From Eledone cirrhosa (Eukaryota): DNA of 64,000 nt. How positions within the stretch are numbered: position 1 is the first letter of the stretch; each line of letters starts with the position of its first letter. Below are positions 13,980-32,231 of this stretch, in pieces. The stretch covers positions 5,332,001 through 5,396,000 of the forward strand of contig OZ024749.1 of assembly GCA_964016885.1 (NCBI GenBank). Direction: 5' to 3'. Below the pieces are notes generated by a model. That model made no database searches and had not been told where the DNA came from. It saw nothing but the letters and a program-made list of their open reading frames with translations. Position numbers and translations under genes: made by a program.

Positions 13980-14233
13980 TAATAACTAGAGATTGATTAA
14001 CATATAAAAATACATGAATTATCACAGGAGATAATTCAAGCTTGCGTGTAACCGCGCATTGCTAGTTTAGGCAATATTTACCTTTAAAAGTGATTAACAT
14101 TCCTTGTATATATCCCATTAAAGAAATATATTTCACCAATTAATCAGATGGTAAGTCACGGTTACACGCAAGCTTAAATTATCTCCTGTGATTATTCATG
14201 TATTTTTATATGTTAATCAATCTCTAGTTATTA
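13980..14233. repeat. Inverted repeat with ~75-bp arms and ~105-bp spacer (fold-back element)
   Basis: taataactagagattgattaac...gcgtgtaaccg versus cggttacacgc...gttaatcaatctctagttatta. Confidence 0.9.
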
Positions 14234-14492
14234 TAATATGCTCAGATGTATTTGTCTTTGAGCTTAAATTCTCAGGATATATTGGCGCATGCTTTTTGTC
14301 ATGAAACCCATGATTTCGATTTAGAGTAAATTCATTTAATTGATTTATCTTAATTTTGGACTTAGATATATATGCATATATATATATACATATACATATG
14401 TATATATACATATATATATATAAATATATATATATATACATATATATATATACATATATATATACATATATATATATAGATATATATATACA

Positions 14493-14761
<269 letters not shown>

Positions 14762-14781
14762 ATGCGTGTACGCACGTACGC

Positions 14782-14813
<32 letters not shown>

Positions 14814-14917
14814 GCGTGTACGTACGTACATATATATATATATATATGAATGTATGCGTGTATGTACGTTAGTATATATACATATATATATATGAATGTA
14901 TGCGTGTATGTACGTAA

Positions 14918-14959
<42 letters not shown>

Positions 14960-15624
14960 CATTAATCACCGCCTTACACATGGACGGGAGGAAATGAAAT
15001 CAGAAAATCTGGACCTAATATTGGTTCGCCTGTGGAAAGGAAGTACTCTCCTTGTTTTCAATTTCAACACGCATCTTACTTTAAGGAATAAAACACTGAC
15101 ACCAATTACTTCAACTAACATTTCAAGATGGATTGGCGAAGTATTATCACAAGTATATATATGGAGAGAGAGAGAGGGGGGCTGAGAAACAGAGATTTAG
15201 AGAGAAGGGGGAGATATTGAGAGGGAGAGAAAGAGAGAGAGAGGGGGACATAGAGAGATTGAGAGAAAAGAAAAAAAAGTAACGAACAAAATATGAAATA
15301 TTAAATTGAAACATTCTCTATGTAACTGTGGTTATCAAAGTTTCTTGGAAAAATAAGGTAGAAAAATAAATATCACATTAAATGTTACCTTATTTCAAAC
15401 ATGAAAGTTTAACATCAAAGTGAGAGAATTAGTAAATAAAAGTTTTCATCAGAAATTCTTTGATTTATTCACAGAATATTGCATTCAGTTGAGAGAAACC
15501 ACTTTCAAAAAGTACGCTTGTCAGTGTGTGTATATATATATATGTTGGTATGTGTGTTTAAGAATACATGTGTATAACTATATTTATGGATATGTGTGTA
15601 CATGTATAGTTACCTCTATATGCA

Positions 15625-15650
15625 TATATATATATATATATAATATATAT

Positions 15651-15684
<34 letters not shown>

Positions 15685-15692
15685 ATATATAT

Positions 15693-15726
<34 letters not shown>

Positions 15727-15756
15727 ATATATATTATATATAATATATATATATAT

Positions 15757-15790
<34 letters not shown>

Positions 15791-15796
15791 ATATAT

Positions 15797-15829
<33 letters not shown>

Positions 15830-15874
15830 ATATATATATATATATTATATATATATTATATATATATTATATAT

Positions 15875-15906
<32 letters not shown>

Positions 15907-15926
15907 ATATATATTATATATATATA

Positions 15927-15979
<53 letters not shown>

Positions 15980-16726
15980 CTTTCATTTTTTATTATGAGA
16001 AGGATGCTGGTCATGAGTTACGATAATGATGAACATGTTGATCTATATATATATATATATATATATGTATATGTATGTATACATAAACACTTACTCACTA
16101 TATATATATGAATACATAGATATGTGTATGCGTGTGCGTATCTGTACATATATATATATGAATATATATATACATACATATATATTTTATATATATAATA
16201 TATATAGTAATAAATATGTATATAATATATGTATATATTTATATATATATATAATATATATATTTTTATATATATTAAATATATATGTTTATATATATAT
16301 ACATATATATGTATATATTTATATTTATATATATATATGTATATTTATAAATATATGTATAAATATAAATATATATATATACCCAGATCTGTGTATACAG
16401 ACATATATAAATACATATATACATATATATACATATATAAATATATATATACAGACACCCCACAAATATATACATACACACATATATGTAAATATATATA
16501 TATATATTTATATATATACGTTTATATATATATGACTTTATTCATATATATATATTTATATTTATATATGTATATATATTCATATATATTTATATTTATA
16601 TACATATTTATATATATATATATTTATATATATATAAATTTACATATATATTTATTTTTATATTTATATATATTTATATATATTTATATATATTTATATT
16701 TATATTTATATTTATATATATATACA

Positions 16727-16781
<55 letters not shown>

Positions 16782-16876
16782 ATATATATATATATTTATA
16801 TATATATATTTATATATGCATACATATTTATATATATAAATATTTATATATATATATTTTAATATATATATATTCT

Positions 16877-16907
<31 letters not shown>

Positions 16908-17062
16908 ATTTATATATATGTACATATATATTTATATATATATATATTTATATATATATATACATATTTATACATATTTATATATATTTATATATATATA
17001 TATACATATTTATATATATTTATATATATATATTTATATATATATATATACATATTTATATA

Positions 17063-17119
<57 letters not shown>

Positions 17120-17174
17120 ACATATTTATATATATTTATATATATATATTTATATATATATATATACATATTTA

Positions 17175-17240
<66 letters not shown>

Positions 17241-17312
17241 TTATATATATTTATATATATATATTTATATATATATATTTATGTATATATAATATACATA
17301 TTTATATATATT

Positions 17313-17346
<34 letters not shown>

Positions 17347-17520
17347 CATATTTATATATATATATATATACATATTTAAATATATTTATATATATATACA
17401 TATATATATATATTTATTTATAGATATATACATGTTTATATATGTATATATATTTATTTATAGATATATACATGTTTATATATGTATATATAGGTATATA
17501 TAGTATTGTATATGTATGTG
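15625..17520. repeat. Large degenerate (TA)n/(TATT) microsatellite region
   Basis: Direct reading. Confidence 0.95.
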
Positions 17521-17882
17521 TATGTGTGTAAATGTAATTGTGTGTGTTTTTGTGCGTGCGCATTTGTAAATTTAATTATGTCTACATATGCGCGTGTCTG
17601 TGTAACGAATTACCTCATGGACATAGAGCCGACGTAAATGTTCAAAATTTTATATAGCCTGAACATAAACAATACTATTCTACACCATTGCACCGTCTAT
17701 ATTTCATGTCGTATGTTACTTTCACCAACGTATCATTTTATAGCATACTTTCAAACATTATTAATGTGTTCGTATACATACATATACATGTATAATATAT
17801 ACACACAAACACACATATATGTATATAGGTATATGTATATATATATATATATATTTATGGATATTATAGGCATATATATATA

Positions 17883-17930
<48 letters not shown>

Positions 17931-17933
<3 letters not shown>

Positions 17934-18148
17934 CGAAGGAAATGTGTTAAGGAACCAGGTAGACCATAACGCACCAAAGTACTCAATACTTAGAGTAGTA
18001 GAGTGGGTAATAGGAACGAGTAGGACCCCCATATATGGAATTACCCCCTGATAAGCTCGGCTATACATATACCAGGATACATTTTTTCATTTAGTCCAGA
18101 ATTAGCCGTCGAAACGGCTTGAGCTCAGCCGTCGGGGTCCTACTCGTT

Positions 18149-18152
<4 letters not shown>
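17931..18152. mobile_element. HHR element family E, inverted-arm structure (other pieces 24841-24952, 56566-56756, 56925-57116, 59971-60161, 60270-60382)
   Basis: Shared ggaaccag...gaccataacgcacca.agtactcaatactta and gccgtcgaaacggcttgagctc.gccgtcgg. Confidence 0.85.
18043..18138 (+). ncRNA. Type I hammerhead ribozyme, family E (C3.A8 mismatch, likely impaired)
   Basis: ACCCC CUGAUAA GCUCGGCUA...UAGCCGUC GAAA CGGCUUGAGCUCAGCCG UC GGGGU; 5-bp stem I, long near-palindromic stem III, GUC site. Confidence 0.7.
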
Positions 18153-18234
<82 letters not shown>

Positions 18235-18237
18235 TTG

Positions 18238-18610
18238 TAGATACTCACTCACAGGTGGATGGGTGCTACACGAGAATGCTGAGCATGGCTCTGAACATTA
18301 ATCAGTATACACTGAGGTTGAAAAACTCAGAGCTGTATGGGAACATCCCAAAAGTCAGCTCAAAAGTGACACCGAGGAGACTGAGGTTAGCTGTACATGC
18401 TCACCGGCATCCAGAGTTGACATTGCACTCAATGCTCCTGTGCGAGCCTCTACATGGACACACTGGAAGAGGAAGGCCAAGGTTAACGTATGTTGATGCC
18501 CCAAGGCCAGACACTGGTCTATTGGAGACGCAGGACATGGAAGCGATAATGAGGGACAGAGACCGCTGGAGAGAACTCATCCATGGATCTCGGGAATTTT
18601 ACTGCCCTAG
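18238..18610 (+). mobile_element. RTE-clade LINE ORF C-terminal fragment
   Basis: DGCYTRML...LYGNIPKVS...RRLRLA.HAHRH...RGRPRLTYVD...MRDRDRWR matches the C-terminal motif pattern of RTE-type ORFs. Confidence 0.8.
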
Positions 18611-18798
18611 ATATATATATATAAAAATATGTAGAATTCACCAGAATCAAAGCTATGTTGTATATATATATATATAAAAATGTGTGTATATATGTATATA
18701 CATATATACATGTATATATATCTATATATGTATGTATGTATATGTGTGTATATATGTATATACATATATAAATGTATATATATATCTATATATGTGTG

Positions 18799-18849
<51 letters not shown>

Positions 18850-19255
18850 TGTGTGTGTGTTTTAATATGTACGCATACATAATAAAACACACACATATAT
18901 ATGTATATATAGATGATTGTATAGGTGTATATACATTGCTCTCTTTAATATACTCTCTGTTGTTGTTGATATCAATATTATTATTATTATTATTACGTTC
19001 CTGTAGAACATATTGCCTAGCAATTAGTTTAATTTCATTTTGCTAGAGAGAAATTTTATGATTCTTTGTGCAAAATTATAACATTAAGTTTATATGTTTT
19101 AGTTGTGTTTAACTTTACTTAACTTTTACATTTAAATTAAAATGTTACTCCTTCTTTCTAACCATAAAGAACATATATTATATGTATGTATGTTGATGTA
19201 TGTATATAAATACATATAACCATGTATACACATATAACCATATATATATATGTAT

Positions 19256-20492
<1,237 letters not shown>

Positions 20493-20846
20493 GTGTATGC
20501 ACACCCGAAATCTTTTCTGTAGATATACTTTAATAAATACGTAGTAAAAGTAGCAAGTTATGGCATTGATGTTAATAAATAAATATATTACATACGCTAG
20601 GGTTGAACATTCTACCTACACTACCTCCATTAATCAATGTAAAGATAACAACGCATTGCTTAGTAGATATACTTCAGTGACAAACCGTGTGGCCAGCTCA
20701 TTTAAATTTAACAGGGCGCATCCCTCATCAGATATTTCTGTAGTCAGGTAGACGGGGAACATCTCTCATATTGTTTATCGATGAGGAACGATTAAAAGAT
20801 AAAGTCGACCTAGGCATTATTTGAACTTCGATGTCAAGGGTCGGGT

Positions 20847-21005
20847 ATTGTCAGTATCGGTAGAGGGTCAGATACCATGCTTTGGCGCATGGAGTTACGG
20901 CCGTTGCAAATCACGCTGAGGTTAACTTTGCTTTTCATACTTACGGGGTCCATAAAATAGAGTACCAGTAATGCTGGCCTTGTGCCCAAATTAGAAACAA
21001 TTATT
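20847..21005 (+). mobile_element. tRNA-derived SINE
   Basis: cagtatcggtagagggtc...gaggttaactttgc...aaatagagtaccagtaat...agaaacaattat. Confidence 0.8.
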
Positions 21006-21619
21006 TAAACTTGGAGTACAGAGATCTAGGATGGATCCGTGATCTCTTACAATCGACGCAATATATATAATTCCTATATAGTAACTGCATAATTCATTAG
21101 CAAATAGTTAAAATAATTTCTCGAGATGTAAACCTTTTCGAGAAAGAAAAAGAGAAAACCAAGAAATATTTATCATTTCAAAAAATAAACGAAAACAAAA
21201 TGGTTGAACATATATAAAATTTCCAACGTGTTAACATGTATAGAGAGTTCATATGTTAAACAGAAGAATATCTCTAGGTAAAATGAATAAAAGAAACAAT
21301 GTTGTTATTACTGCATGGAGAATATTACTTCATTGAAAGCGTCATAGAATATTAATGAAAAATTAAAAGATATTTTTTATTGTTTAACTTATTGGTATTC
21401 AACTACACGACAAATACTTTTCGTAGCCATTGAAAATATATAAATCTATTTTCATTACATCTATTTGAAATTCTTAATTATAATTTAACCTATGATATTA
21501 ATATACACACAAAGGTTAATATAAATTATTTTGAAACATCTATCATACGCGCAATATACACATACACGCATGTATACACACATACACGCAAACGCACACA
21601 AACTTGCACACATGGATAT

Positions 21620-23960
<2,341 letters not shown>

Positions 23961-24499
23961 GTGTGTGGGTGCGTGTGTGTATTCCTCAGCCGACCCCATG
24001 GTATACGTATGTAAATATATATTATGTGTGTTACATAAATATTAATCCATTTTGTAACCAGAGACAGAGTCAAATATTAAAATCAAAGACAGCTATTCTC
24101 GTTTTTTGTAAACCTAACAAATATTTAATGTATTTCACAGTTTCAGACGACGCGTATTCTGATGCTACGAATAACGGAACAAACAGAATCTTTAATTAAG
24201 TTGCAAGTGCCTAAGCATTCGATAGACACGTGTAAGATTAACGGATCTTCCATTGAGATTAATGTGGGCCTTTTATATTTCGGGTCCAACACATTCTTCC
24301 CTGTTGAGTAAATTGGAGAAACGAAGAAGTGTCTTGATCAAGGACCCAATGCAACGTGGTGAACCGAGCTCAATATCGTGATCTAAACTCCTTAACCGCA
24401 GTTCAATGCGCTTTAAGATAAACACACACGTGTAGAAACAGACGTACACACATATACACACGTAGAAACACATACATATATATATCATTTGCGCCCGCA

Positions 24500-24724
24500 T
24501 ATTCCTGAGAGGGACGCGTGTGCAGAGTCCTCAAACCCTCCGTCCAGCGGGTTCTGTTAGGAGCAACCGTCTCCAGCTGATCTGACCAGCCAAGATGTTA
24601 TCGATTGGATGTTATCGAACCATCTTGCTCGGGTTCTTTCCATATGTCTTTTACTGGTTGGTTGTGCCCGAAAATCTGTCCAGCGATTTTTTCCTGAGAC
24701 ATTCTAACCATTCTAACCACATGC
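24500..24724 (-). mobile_element. RTE-clade LINE 3' end fragment
   Basis: Frameshifted HVVRM...KIAGQIF / QPTSKRHMERTRARWFDNI; homologous to 2815-3072. Confidence 0.65.
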
Positions 24725-24763
24725 CTATAGTTCATATATGTAAATATATATATATATATGTAA

Positions 24764-24843
<80 letters not shown>

Positions 24844-25150
24844 CAAATGAAGTGTGGTAAGGAACCAGATGGACTATAACGCACCAGAGTACTCAATACT
24901 TAGGTAGTAGAGTGGGTAATAGGAAAATGTTTAACCCCGATGGCAGAGCTCGGTTCGGCCCAAATTGATTACACCCGCACATTTTCCCGAACTTACCACT
25001 GATAACTAAATGCGTACACTCTGATTCAAGGACTGGCGCATCGGAAGTGCAAGTCCCGTGAATTCATTGAGCAAGTGGAAAAGTTCAACGTACTAGCACA
25101 AACTCAGTTTGTCTAATTCGATACTCTTATAAATGTGTTTGTGTATATAT

Positions 25151-25274
<124 letters not shown>

Positions 25275-25839
25275 CACACACAGATACACACATATATACA
25301 TATATATATAGTGTTAGAAGGTAAGGAGACACAAACAAGAGATGGGCAGATTCTCTTCGTTAGCTGTTAACTGCGGGTCATGGATGTTTCGACGCATTAT
25401 AAACAGAACATCTAACCATAGCGCGCCCATGACCTTTTATGAATCAAAAAGCCATGAGGGAAAGAAGTGTTGGCGAAGAGACAGAAAAAAAGGGGAGAAG
25501 AAAAAAAAGGAAAAAACATACCGATAGAAGGGGGAACACAGGAAAATGTCACATGTTAGTGAGTAACCGAAGAGAAAATAGATCAAGTTAAAAAAAAAGC
25601 CGTTGGGTTTAAGCCCGGGGTCATAGTAACAGAGGAGCTAGGAAATCCGTGTCTATTTTCAGTAAAGTTACTGCAGAAAGAGAGAAAGACGAAGAAACCG
25701 AGAGTGAAAGGGAAGGGAGTAGAAGGCAGAGCGGGTGAGTACGAGAGACAGAGAGAGGGGAGGAGGAGAAGAGAAAGTGGGTTAATCCAAAAGGGTGTAC
25801 GACGCACTTGCAACCGGGAGCGACAAACAAGCCAATCGT

Positions 25840-25886
<47 letters not shown>

Positions 25887-26269
25887 TTGATCCAAAGGTG
25901 TGGCGGAATATAAGTCCGACCAGGAATAACAAATGGAGCGTAATAGGTTGAGATGATGGAGCGGAGGTCACAGCAGTAAATAGAAAAATATGGAATGAGG
26001 AAAGCATGCTTTGTATACACACAGCTAGTAACATGAGCTTACGTCCTATTTGACTAAATAGAATTAGTCTGTTAGTTGGGATTTTAAGAAAACCTCTGAA
26101 TGAAATAAAGGATGTGTATTGACGTACATGGGACACGAAGCCACATCTTTGGTTTGCCGGGTCATTGTTTTACCATTACACTACCACGTCACCGATACCT
26201 CCTTCCATTCAATTAAAAGCTATATAACCATACCAGGTGTATATATATATATTGAGTATATGTTGGTTG

Positions 26270-26750
26270 CTTACCGACACCTCAGTATGCATATTGGAGC
26301 ACTCGACGAAGTACGCAGGTTGGTTTGGTTACGCCGGAGTAATGTAAAATAAAATAATTAAGTCAAATATTTAAGGTTTGGCTTCGTTTATTAAAGATGT
26401 ACGGTGACAGCCATCATTGGCTGTGATCTCTTCAGGCAGTTCGAATTGGTGTGGTAGAAACAGGTACACATGTTGTTGAAGTGTGTTTTACTCGGTCAAT
26501 ACTCCGATATGTCCAGCTCCTGGTTGGTTTGTTATTTCTCTGAGGAACTGGAATCATATGATTCCACATGTTGTTGAAGTGTTTTACTCGGTCAATACTC
26601 CGATATGTCCAGCTCCTGGTTGGGTTGTTATTTCTCTGAGGAACTGGAATCATATGATTCCACATGTTGTTGAAGTGTTTTACTCGGTCAATACTCCGAT
26701 ATGTCCAGCTCCTGGTTGGGTTGTTATTTCTCTGAGGAACTGGCATCATA
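26270..26750 (-). mobile_element. HHR element family K copy with a decayed HHR (GAAA and stem III lost) and 3 x ~96-bp tandem repeats
   Basis: Homologous to 62500-63258; gtgacagccatcattggctgtgatctcttcaggcagt at ~26405-26440; repeat starts at 26467, 26565, 26661. Confidence 0.8.
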
Positions 26751-26789
26751 CATTATGTATAATGTCACGAATAGCAGCGGAAGAGACAT

Positions 26790-28392
26790 CACCAACAATA
26801 ACAACACCAAGAATAACAACACCAACGGCAATATACGCAACACCAACAACATAAACACATAAACACAGACAATAGCAACATTCTAGCAATTGAAAACAAC
26901 AACAATAACAACAACAACAACAGCACCAGCGACAACAACAACACCAGTGGTAATTGCGACAACACAACACCAACGGCAACAACAACAACACCAGCGGCAA
27001 CAACACCAGCGACAACAACAACAACAACAGCGACAACACCAGCGACAACAACAACAACAACAACACCAGCGACGACAACAACAACGACACCAGCGACAAC
27101 AACAACTACACAAGCGACAACAACAACAGCGACAACACCAGCGACGACAACAACAACAACACCAGCGACAACACCGGCGACGACAACAACTACACCAGCG
27201 ACGACAACGACAACAACAACAACAACGCCAACAACGACAACAACAACACCAACACCAGCGACAACAACAACAACAACAGCGACAACACCAGCGACAACAA
27301 CAACAACAACAGCACCAGCGACAACAACAACCACGACACCAGCGACAACAACAACAACAACAACACCAGCGACGACAACAACAACAACACCAGCGACAAC
27401 ACCGGCGACGACAACAACTACACCAGCGACGACAACGACAACAACAACAACAACGCCAACAACGACAACAACAACACCAACACCAGCGACAACAACAACA
27501 ACAACAGCGACAACACCAGCGACAACAACAACAACAACAGCACCAGCGACAACAACAACACCAGTGGTAATTGCGACAACACAACACCAACGGCAACAAC
27601 AAAAAACACCAGCGGCAACAACACCAGCGACAACAACAACAACAACAGCACCAGCGACAACAACAACACCAGTGGTAATTGCGACAACACAACACCAACG
27701 GCAACAACAAAAAACACCAGCGGCAACAACACCAGCGACAACAACAACAACAACAACACCAGCGACAACAACAACAACAACAACACCAGCGACGACAACA
27801 ACCACGACACCAGCGACAACAACAACTACACCAGCGACAACAACAACAGCGACAACACCAGCGACGACAACAACAACAACACCAGCGACAACACCGGCGA
27901 CGACAACAACTACACCAGCGACGACAACGACAACAACAACAACGCCAACAACGACAACAACAACACCAACACCAGCGACGACAACAACAACAACACCAGC
28001 GACGATAACAACGAGAACAACACCAGCGACAACAACAACACCACCAGCGACAACAACAACAACACCAGCGACGACAACAACGATAACGACACCAGCGACG
28101 ACAACAACAACAACAGCACCGGCGACAACAACAACACCAGCAACAACAACAACAACAGCAACACCAGCAACAACAACAACAACGGCAACAACAACAACAT
28201 TGACAGCAACAACAAAGTAAACAACAACAAGAATAACATTGACAGCAGCAACAACAAAGTAAACAACAACAACAACAACCAGAAAAACATTGACAGCAGC
28301 AACAACAACAAGAAAAACATTGACAGCAGCAACAACAAGAACAAGAACAAGAACAACATTGACAGCAGCAACAACAACACCAACAACAACAC
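26790..28392 (+). repeat. Complex (CAA)n-based trinucleotide array with ACACCAGCGAC spacing units
   Basis: Direct reading; gives PATTTT, poly-N and poly-Q frames with internal block duplications. Confidence 0.9.
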
Positions 28393-30056
28393 TTACGTGG
28401 CGGCGACTGCTAAAACAAGAATTTGTATTAACTCGAACATCTCAGACACAGAGAAACAGCTGGCCCAGGCGTGGATATTAATTAAATGCTAAAAGTCCTG
28501 GGCCAACCTAACCATCCGGAACGAAGCGATAGGGGCAATGCAAATGAAGACTTTTCATTTTCGATGTATTTCGGTGCACATTCGAGGCTGCATTGAAAGA
28601 CATCAAATATGATATTGAATAGAAAGCAAGGGCCAGGCAGTTTGGTACCATCTCGGTGCTGTTCAGTACAGAGGCCCTTGCCATTAAGCACTCCGTGGCA
28701 TCATGCAGAACGGAACGCATCATCATGTACCTGCCCTACGTAGGCAAAAGAATAGTGAAGTTCTGCAATCCAGGATCCCACCAGGACTGAACCTGTGGTG
28801 GCTCCTGCGACGCGTGGTCGAGTATGGTACTGACAGTACCCTCATAGATGTCAGAAAGACTGAGAGAAAGGACTGGTGCGGGATGGATTTGCTGCTAACG
28901 CCAGTGCCGCAGTGGAAATCTGCACCAACACGACACGGGCATCCCCACCAACAGCAACATCAGTCGAAGAACCACACACACACCAAAACCAACCCAGGGG
29001 GAAAACGAGGAAAGTTTTTCTATACTCCCTTCCCCTCAAAAGATACACACGTACAAAAGCTTAAGTGTACACAAAGACACAGACACACTTACAGCCACAG
29101 ACCCCTCATCTTCCAATTGTGAAGATGAGGGAAAACCCAAATCCGGCAAAAAAAGTAGAAAACACTCAAATAATAAGCCCCCACAAAGCGTAAGAACACC
29201 CACAACAAAACATGGAAACACGATCCTCGCAAACACTTCCCCAACAACACCAAAACCAACACCAACACTACCATCATCATTACCACAATCACCCAAACGC
29301 AAACAACAGACACATGAACAAATATACACACAGACACATGACATTGCAGACACCACACCCACAACAAACACAGAGACATCCGAAAAAACACCATCAAAAC
29401 CATCAACACCACAGTCACCCAAACGCAGACAAATAAAATCGCACCAACAAAACATAAGAAACTTCGTGCTTGTCAGAAAGGCCAACGAGAAATTGATGGC
29501 TCCCGTAACAGGAAGTGAAGAAATCCAAACAGTGGAAGATTTTTTATTCGAGCGTATACCGCGTGCCAGAAGCGTCGAAACTTCTGCAGGCACTAGCCCA
29601 ATATCCGTGCATTACTGAGTTGTGGACTTATGTCGAACAGTTGTTGTCACGTCTAGAAGGGATCTGCCTATCGGCCGAGTCCATAGTGAAAACCGACCCG
29701 CCGCCTTCTTTTGGCTAGGAAGGGCAGGCAATTTTCCTCTGTCTGGTGGCAGTAACGAAAGAGGTTGTATGGTGGACCAGGCTGAAAGGATTAAAGGCAG
29801 ACACTTTTCACATGAACTATTTGAAGTTTCACTTGGAAAGGAAGGTGAGGGTAGAGAGTGAAGTGCTCCCCCCTCCTCCCCCAGTAAACTTGCTAAAGGG
29901 TTGGTGATTGTTGGGGAACTTCTGTTGTTTTTTATTTTCATGTTTATTGTTATTGTTTTCATAATATTTGCTGGATTGTTGTGTAAAACCCTTACTGCCC
30001 GCGTCCATTGTATTATACCCTTTATGTCGGCTCTTGTGGCCAATAAATGAAACCAT
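28392..30056 (+). mobile_element. Decayed non-LTR retroelement region, possibly an L1/Tx1-like ORF1 plus 3' UTR
   Basis: Stop- and frameshift-riddled coding-like sequence (TYVAATAK...ARARQFGTISVLF...YVGKR...RIPP) ending in ttgtggccaataaatgaaacc; clade call is from memory, not a search. Confidence 0.4.
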
Positions 30057-30063
30057 TATTATT

Positions 30064-30238
30064 GGTGGATTGGCAGTATCGATAGATTTGAGGCATAGAG
30101 TTACGGCACTTGCCATTCTGAGTTCAAATCCCGCCTAGGTTAACTTTGCCTTTCATCCTTACGGGGTCGATGAAATAAAGTACCAGTAATGCACTGGGGT
30201 AATTGCTGTCCTTGTGCCAAAAGTAGAAACAATTATTA
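30064..30238 (+). mobile_element. tRNA-derived SINE
   Basis: ggtggattggcagtatcg...gagttcaaatcccgcc...aaataaagtaccagt...gtagaaacaattattatt. Confidence 0.85.
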
Positions 30239-30690
30239 TTGCTGCTGCTGTTGTTGTTTTTGTTGTTATTTGTTATCGTGTGAATTCACTTTACTGGACT
30301 GTAGCTGTCCACCGTAAACAAGTGGGCGATTGACAAGAAGCTGAGAAATTATTCTCATTGTTTCTTCATGTAAGGACATAAATGTCAGTAAATTTGCCTG
30401 GAATGCCAATTCCACAGATGCCAAATTCCACGCCAATTAATGATAGAATTGTTTGAGTTAGTTGTTGTTTAACTAACTAATTGTGTATGGAACCACGTAA
30501 ACTGACCAGCTTAGATAGAGATGGCTGGTAAATATAAATGGATCTGGAAAAACAAAACGAAATTATGCATGGAAATAATTGTTAAATACATTTATGAACA
30601 TCAGATTCATTCAGTTTTAAGATCCTTATTTTGGACGTTTAGATAATAATTGATGTAAACAGATTAGAGCAACAATATGAAAACTAAGAC

Positions 30691-30900
30691 CGGTGGATTG
30701 GCAATATCGGTGGAGTGTCGGTCAATGTTTTATGGCATAGAGTTATGGCCCTTTAAGATTTCAGTACAAATCCTGCTGAGGTTAGCTTTGCCTTTCATCC
30801 TTACAGGGTCGATAATATAAAGTAACAGTAATGAACTGGGGTCGATTTAGCCGAATTACCCCTCCTCCAAAACTGTTGGTCTTGTTCCTAAATCAGAATT
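30691..30900 (+). mobile_element. tRNA-derived SINE (diverged)
   Basis: Same head and core as the other copies, plus ctggggtcgatttagccgaattacccctc. Confidence 0.75.
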
Positions 30901-32046
30901 CAAGATAAAAACTACGAGGTATATTGATAAAGAGTCTGCTAGAATACTCTCAGGTTGACCAATGGCTTTAGGGAGAATTTCGACTGAGAGAAACTACGGA
31001 ATCCAGTCACTTTTACAATCGGGAGATAAACTTTCTACCATGCTTCCACACATTGGTGGACCATTCATGTAATGCGAGAATGTAAATTAAAACCACAATA
31101 GTGGTGCCCCAGCATGGCATCAGCCTGTCGTCTAGAACACCTATGTAAACTATAATAAAGGAAGGTCTGCGGGATTGTGTACGGTTTATTATTTGTTATC
31201 CCGTTTGTAAAATAAGTTGGATTACTTTGAATAAATAATTAATGAATATTACATAATTTATGTACTCACTTTCGTAAATAAAAATAATTTCGTATAAATA
31301 AATAATTTCAAATTGACTACTTTTCAAAGTTGCACTTCCGGTATATCGTCACCACCATCACCACTTCAACTACCATATATTTCGAAAGACAGAGTGTGTG
31401 ATGAGAGAGATAAAGAGATTGTGATTTCTACACCTGACGCGTATGATTGTGCACATACATACATCTATATGTATGAGTATATAACTATAACAGCGCAAAC
31501 ACAAACTTATAAAAATACACTCTCAAGGACATAATTCACACAAATACACATACTTTCACACAAATATACATACATTCACACATACTTTCACACAAACATA
31601 CATACTTTCACACATATATGCATACATTCACACATATACATTTACACAAACACACACATACAGTCATGATAGCGTTCGGTTTAATTGAAGATGGGAGGGT
31701 ATACTTTCACACAAATATACATACATTTACACATACATTCACACAAATACACATACATTCACACAAACATACATACATTCACACATACTTTCACACAAAC
31801 ATACATTCATTTACACAAACATACATACATTCATACATATACATTTACAAAAACAGACACATACAGGCATGATAGCGTTCGGTTTAATTGGAAATTGGAG
31901 GGTAAAACAAGTATAACGTTTTATTTATTTATTAACCCTTTTTTTAAAACTCAACTAAACTATAATAATGTAAAGAGCGCGGGACTGCGTACAGTTTATA
32001 TTTGGTTATCCCATTAGTAAACTAAGTTGGATTAATTTGAATAAAT

Positions 32047-32231
32047 AATGGTTTCTACTTTTGGCACAAGGCCAGCAAATTATCCAGTGTATTACTGGTA
32101 CTTTATTTTATCGGCCCTGTAAGGATGAAAGGCAAAGTCAACCTCGGCGGGATTTGAAATCAGATAGTAAAGGGACGTAACTATGCTGGAAAGCATGGCG
32201 TCCGACCCTCAACCGATACTACCAATCCACC
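32047..32231 (-). mobile_element. tRNA-derived SINE interrupting the duplicated 6.7-kb-type block
   Basis: Reverse complement of the 22402 and 30064 family. Confidence 0.85.

Noticed and set aside
15381-15457. Possible minus-strand HHR (CUGAUGA AAAC...GUUU GAAA UAAGG UA)
   Set aside because: Stem I is mismatched and AU-only, stem III is not palindromic and there is no second copy; could be chance
20712-20735. Minus-strand CUGAUGA GGG...CCC hairpin
   Set aside because: Not followed by GAAA or a cleavage triplet
30064-30135. tRNA gene
   Set aside because: Only A/B-box-like SINE heads; no cloverleaf, and each continues into a shared SINE body
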